Source of the DNA: an uncultured bacterium
Lineage (GTDB): Bacteria; Patescibacteriota; Gracilibacteria; UBA1369; PNNO01
Assembly (NCBI GenBank): GCA_963704705.1
Contig: OY969931.1
Location: 30,001-62,000, forward strand
Reading direction: 5' to 3'
Length of the DNA stretch: 32,000 bases
Each line of letters begins with the position of its first letter. Position 1 is the stretch's first letter. The translations under genes and the position numbers were made by a program. The notes below the pieces were generated by a model, which was not told the DNA's origin, ran no database searches, and worked only from the letters and a program-made list of their open reading frames with translations. Below are positions 7,528 to 14,871 of this stretch, piece after piece.

Positions 7528-9564
7528 ATGGCTAAGAAAAAGAAGAAGAAAAAGCAGCTAAAGAAGCAGACTAAAAATACTGCTGTGCCAAAGGCTAAAA
7601 AAAAGCCGGCCTCTTCTGTTAAAGCAAATTCCCCAAAGGCAAATAAAGCGAAAACTAAAAAGGCTGAAGAACCTAAAAAGCCTGAAGAAAAAAAGCAAAA
7701 CAAAATTTCCCAATTTTTATATAAGGCCAGAACGCCAATTTTTATTGCTGTTCCAGCATTTGCATTATTTGTTATATTTCAGCTTTCTTCACTTATAGTG
7801 ACATATGGATTACTGGACAATGCAGCGCCTGGAACGCGGGTTGCAGGAATTGATATTAGTTCACTTACTGTTGACGAAGTACAAAATAAACTCTTTGAAA
7901 AAGGTCAGTCATTTTTGGATACTCCGATGAAAATTAAATTGGATGAAAATGAAATTGAGCTTTTACCTGCGCAACTTGGTATCGAGCTGGATACAATATC
8001 CACAATTAATAATATAAATTTCGTTCAGTTTGATAATTCTAATTTGGCAACCATTCTCTCAACCGCCTGGAATAGCGAGGATTTGCCTTATCAGAATACT
8101 ATTGATGTTGAATTGGCTTTAAGAAACATTGAACAAGAATTTACTTTTGATGAGCAAAAAACAAAAAATGCCTATCTTGCTTTTGATCAGGGTGTTTTAA
8201 CTGTGATGCCTGAAAAAGCAGGGAAAAATATCGATGTAAGAAAACTTTTTGATGACCTTAAAGAAAACACTTCAAAACTTCAGGATAACATAGTTCAAAT
8301 TTCAGCCGTTGACACTGCGCCTCTTGTTTCAGCTGCAGACCTTGAGTCGAAACTAGATGAAATTAAAGAAAAATTGAACCATCAAATCACGCTTAATTAT
8401 GAAAATTTCAATTTTAAAATTAAACCCATCGACTATATTGATTGGATAAGATTTGACTACACTGATGAGCTGGAATTGGGTGATGTTGCGAGCATCGATT
8501 TAAGTATGAATACTGAAGGACTTTTTGATCTGGGTGAATCTGTTTCATTAAACAAAAACCTAACTATCAATATTTTGCCTGATTTATTCAATCAGTATAT
8601 TGACGAAAAATTATCTCCGATTCTCGAATCAGAACCCGAAGGAGTTAAAATATGGAAGGACGAAGAGGGGCAAATACAGTTTGAAGGCAAAGGAGAAAAC
8701 GGCCAGATAATTAACAGAGACCATCTTCTGACAGCGCTAACTTTAGCTGTTAATAATAATATTGATGAAGTGCCGATTCCAATAAATCTAAGGCCTGCTG
8801 AGGTTGAAATTTCAAAAGATTTGCAGGACCTTGGAATAAAAGAGCTTATCGCAACAGGCAAAAGTGCATTTGCAGGCTCAACAAACAACAGAATTCACAA
8901 TATAAATGCAGGTATCGCTAAATTTAACGGCCATATTATTGCACCAGGTGAAACATTTTCTTTTAATGCGATTTTAGGTCCGGTAGAAGCATACACAGGC
9001 TTTGTTCCTGAGCTCGTTATTAAGCCCGAGGGCACGATTCCGGAGTATGGCGGAGGTTTATGTCAGGTTTCATCTACGATGTTTAGAGCGGCTTTATTTG
9101 CAGGCTTACCAATTGTTGAACGAACTCCTCATTCATATGCTGTATCGTATTATTCGCAGGTTTATGGTTATGGCCTCGATGCGACTATTTATCCGGGTGT
9201 TCATGATGTTAAATTCACAAATAATACGCCAGGCTCTATTTTAATTCAGGGCTATACCGAAGGCATAAATGCATATTTTAAATTTTACGGAACAAGCGAT
9301 GGCCGCAGCGTTGAACTTGAAGGCCCTTATCTCGGAGGGTACCGTTCTCCTGGCCCAACACAATATATAGAAACCCCTTCACTTGCACCCGGCCAGACTA
9401 AATGGATGGAAAACGCCCATACCGGATTTAACGCAAATTGGTTCAGGCATTTAACAACTGCTGACGGCGAAACAATTATTGAACCTTTATATACCACTTA
9501 CAAAGCAATACCGGCAAAAGTGCTTGTAGGTCCCAGTGGCGGAGAGACGGGAACAGGCGGTTAG
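7528..9564 (+). CDS. VanW-domain protein with lysine-rich N-terminal tail and one TM helix
   Basis: C-terminal VanW signature GETFSFNAILGP...EYGGGLCQVSSTMFRAALFAGLPIVERTPHSY. TM helix IFIAVPAFALFVIFQLSSLIV. By my count, 25 of the first 59 residues are Lys. Confidence 0.8.
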   Translation: MAKKKKKKKQLKKQTKNTAVPKAKKKPASSVKANSPKANKAKTKKAEEPKKPEEKKQNKISQFLYKARTPIFIAVPAFALFVIFQLSSLIVTYGLLDNAAPGTRVAGIDISSLTVDEVQNKLFEKGQSFLDTPMKIKLDENEIELLPAQLGIELDTISTINNINFVQFDNSNLATILSTAWNSEDLPYQNTIDVELALRNIEQEFTFDEQKTKNAYLAFDQGVLTVMPEKAGKNIDVRKLFDDLKENTSKLQDNIVQISAVDTAPLVSAADLESKLDEIKEKLNHQITLNYENFNFKIKPIDYIDWIRFDYTDELELGDVASIDLSMNTEGLFDLGESVSLNKNLTINILPDLFNQYIDEKLSPILESEPEGVKIWKDEEGQIQFEGKGENGQIINRDHLLTALTLAVNNNIDEVPIPINLRPAEVEISKDLQDLGIKELIATGKSAFAGSTNNRIHNINAGIAKFNGHIIAPGETFSFNAILGPVEAYTGFVPELVIKPEGTIPEYGGGLCQVSSTMFRAALFAGLPIVERTPHSYAVSYYSQVYGYGLDATIYPGVHDVKFTNNTPGSILIQGYTEGINAYFKFYGTSDGRSVELEGPYLGGYRSPGPTQYIETPSLAPGQTKWMENAHTGFNANWFRHLTTADGETIIEPLYTTYKAIPAKVLVGPSGGETGTGG

Positions 9565-10298
9565 TCAAGTTCCGCAATCATTTCTTTTGCCAGATGATTA
9601 TTTGGATCATTTTTTAGTGCTTGGCGAAGGTAATATTTAGCCTGAGCTTTTTTGCCGAGCTCAACTTCATAGTGTGCGAATGCAAGTAAAAAGTCGATAT
9701 TATCAGGCTCCAGCTCACAAGCGCGTTTATACATTTCTTCAGCTTTAATCGGTTCTGATAACGCCCGGTATACTTCTGCTGTACTTAAAAATCTGGCTGC
9801 CCTTGTTTTATCTAAAGAAATTGATTTCAAATATGCTTCCAAAGCTTCATCAAATTTCTTTTGTTCATATAATGCGCGTCCTAAATTACTGTGGAATACA
9901 GCCTCATTCCCATCCTTGGCAATCAGTTTTTTGAAGACTTCCTCAGCTTTATCAAATGCCCCTTTTTTTAGATAAATTAAGCCCAATTTTAATAATGCGT
10001 CCTTATTGTTCGATTCAATATCAATTAGTTTTTCAAGTTTAACAGCTGCTTCATTCAAATCACCATTATCATAATGAGTCATTGCCTGTACAAATAATAC
10101 CCTGGATTTGTCTTCTTTAACTTCTGAATGCGCTTCAGGTTTTGGTTTTTTCATATGGAAAGCCTTGATGAGCTCTTTAGACTTCACGACTTTTTTAAGA
10201 AGATATTGCTCAGGTTTAATACCTTTTGCAATAATCAAATATTTTCTTATAAAAATAAGAATCAAAACCAGTGCCGATATTAGCAGTAAATATGTCAT
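9561..10298 (-). CDS. Membrane-anchored TPR-repeat protein
   Basis: N-terminal TM (LLLISALVLILIFI) followed by about five 34-aa TPR-like repeats (e.g. AAVKLEKLIDIESNNKDALLKLGLIYLKKGAFDKAEEVFKKLIA). Confidence 0.75.
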   Translation of the reverse strand: MTYLLLISALVLILIFIRKYLIIAKGIKPEQYLLKKVVKSKELIKAFHMKKPKPEAHSEVKEDKSRVLFVQAMTHYDNGDLNEAAVKLEKLIDIESNNKDALLKLGLIYLKKGAFDKAEEVFKKLIAKDGNEAVFHSNLGRALYEQKKFDEALEAYLKSISLDKTRAARFLSTAEVYRALSEPIKAEEMYKRACELEPDNIDFLLAFAHYEVELGKKAQAKYYLRQALKNDPNNHLAKEMIAELD

Positions 10299-10300
10299 AA

Positions 10301-11164
10301 TTATGTTAATTCATCAACGGGGATTTCCGGTCCTGTATCCTGAACCTTTGCTTCTGCAACCACTTTTTTAATGTCTTCAGCTTTAACAATCTCAAAACTG
10401 TGGTCAGGAAAGAGAATTTTAGCGGTTTGGTTCAATATATCAAGCCCAATTACCTTTCCTTCGCCTTTTTTAACTTTGACTATACTGCCCGATTCAGGTA
10501 ATTGAGATTTAAGTCTTTTGTATTCTTCGACTTCATATCTCAGGCAGCACATCAATTTTCCGCAGCAGCCCGACAATTTTGAGCTCCCCTTGCTTTCAAG
10601 GTTTTGTGATCGCACCATATCCATTGTTATGCTGTCTAAGCTTTTTAGCCAGTTGGAACAGCAAAGGCTTTTGCCGCATCTTCCGCGTCCTGTAACAATT
10701 TTTGCTTTATCTCTCGGGCCAATTTGCTGTAAATGAATCTGTTTTTGGAATGTTTTTGCGAGATCTTTAACCAAATCTCTGAAATCAACTCTGTCATCAG
10801 CTGTAAAAATAAAATTTATGCGGTTTCCATCAAGCGAATATTCAACAAATTCAAGTTGCATTTCAAGGTTGTGCTCTTTAATTTTTTCCTTACATTTATA
10901 CTTTGCTTCCATTGCTTTTTCCCCAAGCATTTCCATTCTCTGGATATCGTTTGCTGTAGCTTTTCTTAAATATGAATAATTTTTATTTATTTTTTCGTTT
11001 TCTTCAGACACTTCCCTGTTTGTAAAATGAACTTTCCCGATATTTTCGCGGTTTTCTTCATCGTGAAAAACAGCGAACTCGTTAGGCTCAACATCTGCTT
11101 TATCTACCCCGGGGATTAAAATTTCTTTACGGGTAAACTGGTCGAAGACCGATATATATTTCAT
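10301..11164 (-). CDS. ricT: PSP1-domain protein RicT/YaaT
   Basis: PSP1 C-terminal-type core with the Cys cluster GRCGKSLCCSNWL...CCGKLMCCLRYE. Located directly downstream of holB, as in Firmicutes, with a 4-nt ATGA overlap. Confidence 0.85.
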   Translation of the reverse strand: MKYISVFDQFTRKEILIPGVDKADVEPNEFAVFHDEENRENIGKVHFTNREVSEENEKINKNYSYLRKATANDIQRMEMLGEKAMEAKYKCKEKIKEHNLEMQLEFVEYSLDGNRINFIFTADDRVDFRDLVKDLAKTFQKQIHLQQIGPRDKAKIVTGRGRCGKSLCCSNWLKSLDSITMDMVRSQNLESKGSSKLSGCCGKLMCCLRYEVEEYKRLKSQLPESGSIVKVKKGEGKVIGLDILNQTAKILFPDHSFEIVKAEDIKKVVAEAKVQDTGPEIPVDELT

Positions 11165-12087
11165 TTGAATGATTTTAGGGCTAGGTTTTCAAGTGCGAGC
11201 CTCGCGTTTATATTACGCTTTAACAGGCTGCGGGTTTCTTGTATTTCTGATAGCAAATTGAGCAGATGCTCTTTTTTGCTCTTATCAATAGTGTCCGCTG
11301 CGATTCCCTGATGTAATCTGCTTCTTACCAAGTGAGTAAATATATCTAAAAATTCATATGGATCATTGTTTTCCCCCAATACTTCTTCTACAACCTGGAA
11401 TTTTTTATATACAGGTTTATCTTCTAAAAACTCACAAAGTACATTATACATGTTTAAATAGCTTCCCAAAAGCTCAGAATTTTCCAGTAATTTTATCGCT
11501 TTCCCGCTTTTGCCTATTGCAAGTGAAGAAACCTGCTTAATAATGTCAGGGTCTTTGTCCGGATAAATTTCAGTAAGTTTTTCTTCAAGATATTTTTGAG
11601 AATACGCAGTAAATTTGATTAACCGAACTCTTGAGATAATTGTAGGTAGAATTTCTCTTATATTTGAAGTTGTCATAATAATTAATGTATTTGGAGGCGG
11701 TTCTTCAAGCGTTTTTAAAAGACAATTCGCAGCTTCCGGCGTTAGCCTTTCAGCGCCCTTAATAAGCAGAATTTTGTACTTGCCCTGCTTTGTCATGTGG
11801 AGCCTTTGTATAATTTCACGAATCTGCTCAATTTTAATGGATTCATCCATTTCATTAAGAACTATTGTGTCAGTATGATTTCCGCTTTGAATTTGCTTGC
11901 AGGTAGGGCACTCATTGCAAAGGTTGTTCGGGCACTGCAAAATATTCACAAACTTTCTTGCAATCGCAAACTTGCCAACACTCGAAGGTCCCGCAAATAA
12001 ATAAGCATGCGAAAGATTTCCGGATTTAATATCCTGCTCAATCATCTCAAGCTGTTTTTTGTGACCAATGATTTTCCAGTTGTACAA
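11161..12087 (-). CDS. holB: DNA polymerase III delta' subunit
   Basis: GNLSHAYLFAGPSSVGK (P-loop-like), a CPNNLCNECPTC zinc module, LKTLEEPP and SRVRLIKF. TTG start, TGA stop. Confidence 0.85.
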   Translation of the reverse strand: MYNWKIIGHKKQLEMIEQDIKSGNLSHAYLFAGPSSVGKFAIARKFVNILQCPNNLCNECPTCKQIQSGNHTDTIVLNEMDESIKIEQIREIIQRLHMTKQGKYKILLIKGAERLTPEAANCLLKTLEEPPPNTLIIMTTSNIREILPTIISRVRLIKFTAYSQKYLEEKLTEIYPDKDPDIIKQVSSLAIGKSGKAIKLLENSELLGSYLNMYNVLCEFLEDKPVYKKFQVVEEVLGENNDPYEFLDIFTHLVRSRLHQGIAADTIDKSKKEHLLNLLSEIQETRSLLKRNINARLALENLALKSFK

Positions 12088-12097
12088 TGTGGCGCGT

Positions 12098-13360
12098 TTA
12101 AGGGCTTATATCTTGCCATTTTTCCTCTTGTCTTACAAGCAATTCTTTTGCCTGCTCAGGATGTTTCATAATCTCCTTTACGAAGATTTCTAAACGCACT
12201 TTGTTTTGTGAACCCTTTGCCAGCACAATGTCGCCTTTCTGCATTATATTTTTATATTTTCCCAGTGCTTCTTTCACATTTTCAAAACTAAAAATATTTG
12301 ATGAATCGAGACCTGCTTTATTCGCAGCACTAGCCGCAAATCGCACATCTCCGCCAACGGTAATAAGCACATCAGCAAACTCCGGCACTAATGCGCCAAC
12401 CTCTTCATGCAATTTTTGTGAGTGACCACCCAATTCATTCATATTTCCAAAAACAAACACTCTTCGTCTGCCATGCTTCTTCCCAAAATAATCCAAAACT
12501 TTTAATGATTCCTTAACTGCTTCAGGCGAAGCATTGTACGTACTGTCCAAAATTAGTAAATCATCCACGCCTTCAATTAAATTCATGCGCCCCGGCGGGA
12601 GCCTGAAATTCCGCATAGCCTCTTGAATATCACCAACAGGCACCTCAGTTAAAAATCCAAAAACAATCGCCGGCATTAAAGTTGTAACCTGATATTTCCC
12701 GAAGACCGGAATAAAAAACTGATAATCCTCACCTTTAAATTCAACCTCAAAATCAATCCCTTTGTCAGTCTGCAAAAAACTGAATGCCTTAAAATCAGCG
12801 CCCTCCTTGAATCCATAAGTGTATTCACCTTTAACCTGTGAAATATATTTATCATCAATATTTATTATTTTTGTTTTTGCCTTTTTAAAAATTTTACCTT
12901 TTTCTGCAAAAATATCATCAACATTCGCAAACTGCGCCTCGTCCATGTGAGCAGGCTTTATTGCAGTTATACAAGCCATATCCGGCGGAGCAAGTTTTGT
13001 TAAATAGTCCATGTCACCTGCTTTATCAACACCCATTTCCAAAACAAGATAATCAAATTTATCATTAACAAAAAAAGCGCGCCAAAAACCGCGAAGCAAA
13101 ATTTTAATCCACTCAACAGGCGAACTAAAACCTGAATCCTGCTGCAAAATCGTCAAAGGTAAGCCAAATTCGCTGTTAAAACTTTTTTTATTTTTTAAAA
13201 CTTTATAGCGCTTACTCAAAACTTCGTAAATCGCGTCTTTACAGCTGGTTTTGCCAACACTGCCACTCACGCCGATTACTTTTGCCTTCATTCTGCGAAG
13301 TTTTATCCTCGCAAGAATCTCAAGCTTTTTAAGAACGATTTTTCTTAATAATGATTTCAT
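12098..13360 (-). CDS. murF: UDP-MurNAc-tripeptide--D-Ala-D-Ala ligase (Mur ligase family)
   Basis: GVSGSVGKTSCKD (ATP-binding), SFNSEFGLPLTIL, DSTYNASPEAVKESL and FVFGNMNELG. Confidence 0.8.
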   Translation of the reverse strand: MKSLLRKIVLKKLEILARIKLRRMKAKVIGVSGSVGKTSCKDAIYEVLSKRYKVLKNKKSFNSEFGLPLTILQQDSGFSSPVEWIKILLRGFWRAFFVNDKFDYLVLEMGVDKAGDMDYLTKLAPPDMACITAIKPAHMDEAQFANVDDIFAEKGKIFKKAKTKIINIDDKYISQVKGEYTYGFKEGADFKAFSFLQTDKGIDFEVEFKGEDYQFFIPVFGKYQVTTLMPAIVFGFLTEVPVGDIQEAMRNFRLPPGRMNLIEGVDDLLILDSTYNASPEAVKESLKVLDYFGKKHGRRRVFVFGNMNELGGHSQKLHEEVGALVPEFADVLITVGGDVRFAASAANKAGLDSSNIFSFENVKEALGKYKNIMQKGDIVLAKGSQNKVRLEIFVKEIMKHPEQAKELLVRQEEKWQDISP

Positions 13361-13373
13361 ATATAATGATTAT

Positions 13374-13649
13374 ATGTTAAAACAAGCTAAATTAACAATA
13401 TCAGGCAGAGTTCAGGGGGTTTTCTTTCGCGAATTTACTCAGGAAAACGCCAAAATTCTCGGCCTTGCAGGCTGGGTACGCAACATCCCTGATGGCAAAG
13501 TAGAAACCATTGTTCAGGGCGAAGAATCCCAAATTCAAGACCTGATTAAGCGTTTAAATCAAGGTCCGCGTTCGGCAAACGTGACAGATGTGAAAGTTGA
13601 ATGGGAGACGACTGAACAGGATTTTGAAGATTTTGAAGTGCGCTATTAA
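13374..13649 (+). CDS. acyP: Acylphosphatase
   Basis: The internal ATG at 13374 gives a 91-aa protein with SGRVQGVFFREFT and GWVRNIPDGKVE. The longer listed ORF (13251) would overlap murF. Confidence 0.85.
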   Translation: MLKQAKLTISGRVQGVFFREFTQENAKILGLAGWVRNIPDGKVETIVQGEESQIQDLIKRLNQGPRSANVTDVKVEWETTEQDFEDFEVRY

Positions 13650-13724
13650 AAAGCTAGCAATATGCATAGGGCACTAAAAAAAGGGCCCGCATCACTGCAA
13701 AGCCCCCTTTTCACATAGTATAAT

Positions 13725-14087
13725 TTATTTCGCAACAGCAGCACCTTTGGCAACTTCAACAACCTTTGCGAATGCTTCAGGGTTGTTTACTGCTAATTCT
13801 GCAAGCATTTTGCGGTCGAGCTTAATATCAGCATGAAGACAACCATTAATAAAACGGCTGTAACTAATTCCTTGTGCTCTGCAAGCTGAATTAATGCGGG
13901 TGATCCATACGCGCCTGAAAGTTCTTTTCTTGATTCTTCTGTCGCGGTACGCGTTTACTCCCGCTTTCATAACAGCAGCATTTGCCTGTTTGAAAGTTTT
14001 GCTTCGGAGTCCTCGGTAACCTTTGGCAGCTTTTAGAACTTTTTTGTGCCTACGGTGGGCTGCAACGCCTCTTTTTACTCTTGGCAT
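13725..14087 (-). CDS. rplT: 50S ribosomal protein L20
   Basis: [26 protein letters not shown]... is a typical L20 N-terminus. Operon order is infC-rpmI-rplT. Confidence 0.95.
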   Translation of the reverse strand: MPRVKRGVAAHRRHKKVLKAAKGYRGLRSKTFKQANAAVMKAGVNAYRDRRIKKRTFRRVWITRINSACRAQGISYSRFINGCLHADIKLDRKMLAELAVNNPEAFAKVVEVAKGAAVAK

Positions 14088-14098
14088 GTTATTTTATA

Positions 14099-14287
14099 TT
14101 AATGAATAAGTTTTACTAACAATTTCTGCTGAGGTGCTTCAGCAACTTTTCCTTTATTATTGAGTTTTTTCTGACGCTTAGACTTATTAACAAGTAAATG
14201 ATTTTTGCATGATTTCTCAACAATAAATGTTCCTTTACCTGTGATTTTAACTCTTTTTTTTGCGCCGCTATGAGATTTTTGCTTCAT
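14099..14287 (-). CDS. rpmI: 50S ribosomal protein L35
   Basis: 62-aa basic protein (KQKSHSGAKKRVKITGKG...KNHLL.NKSKRQKK) lying between infC and rplT. Confidence 0.9.
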   Translation of the reverse strand: MKQKSHSGAKKRVKITGKGTFIVEKSCKNHLLVNKSKRQKKLNNKGKVAEAPQQKLLVKLIH

Positions 14288-14298
14288 AATGATTATAA

Positions 14299-14808
14299 TT
14301 ATTTAAGTGGAGATAATATCATAATTAGGTTGTTGCCTTGTCTTTTTGGGCCTTCATCAACATGTGCAATGTCTTCAAGTGTTTCAGCAAATTTCTTTAG
14401 TTTTTCAATTGCCAGATCAGCATGTGCGAGTTCCCGTCCTTTAAAAATTAATGATACTTTTACAATGTTTCTTGCCTTCAAAAATTTTTCCGCCATTTTT
14501 CTCTTTACTTCCATATCGTGACTATCGGTTCTAAACCCGACTCTTACACCTTTAACTTCGCTTTGTTTCTGCATTTTCCTATGCTTTTGATCGATTTTCT
14601 TTTGCTTATAACTGTACTTACCAAAATCCATCAATTTACAAACAGGAGGATTAGCATTAGGAGAGACTTCTACCAAATCCGTATCTTTTTCTTTTGCCAT
14701 AGCAAGGGCTTTTTCAGTAGCCATTATTCCAAGTTGTCCACCTTCGTCATCAACAAGCCTTATAGTAGGCACCTTGATTCTCTCGTTAATTCGTAATTTC
14801 TTGTTTAT
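14299..14808 (-). CDS. infC: Translation initiation factor IF-3 (probable non-AUG start)
   Basis: IF-3 core: VRLVDDEGGQLGI...DLVEVSPNANPPVCKLMDFGKYSYK...FKGRELAH. The listed ORF starts at GTG 14772, but the conserved RINERIK segment is encoded in-frame upstream. The only start candidates after the in-frame TAA (14820..14818) are ATA (14808) or ATT (14790). Confidence 0.85.
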   Translation of the reverse strand: MNKKLRINERIKVPTIRLVDDEGGQLGIMATEKALAMAKEKDTDLVEVSPNANPPVCKLMDFGKYSYKQKKIDQKHRKMQKQSEVKGVRVGFRTDSHDMEVKRKMAEKFLKARNIVKVSLIFKGRELAHADLAIEKLKKFAETLEDIAHVDEGPKRQGNNLIMILSPLK

Positions 14809-14836
14809 ATTTTGGGGTTAGTTGAAGTGCGTAAGG

Positions 14837-14865
14837 ATTGTATGGAAAATACCGCTAGAAGTCAA
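14837..14865 (-). promoter_or_regulatory. Sigma70-type promoter for the infC-rpmI-rplT operon
   Basis: The minus strand reads TTGACT, 17-nt spacer, TACAAT. The -10 ends about 28 nt upstream of the ATA at 14808. Confidence 0.55.
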
Positions 14866-14871
14866 GAAATA

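Noticed and set aside
13251-13373. A long N-terminal extension of acylphosphatase (listed ORF start 13251).
   Set aside because: It would overlap the murF 5' end on the opposite strand by about 110 nt and adds non-homologous, low-complexity sequence. The acylphosphatase fold begins at MLKQAKLTISGRVQG (13374).
13650-13724. A possible bidirectional terminator between the convergent acyP and rplT genes (GGGC...GCCC / TGC...GCA around an A7/T7 run).
   Set aside because: Only a 4-bp plus 3-bp interrupted stem could be drawn. That is too weak to call from sequence alone.
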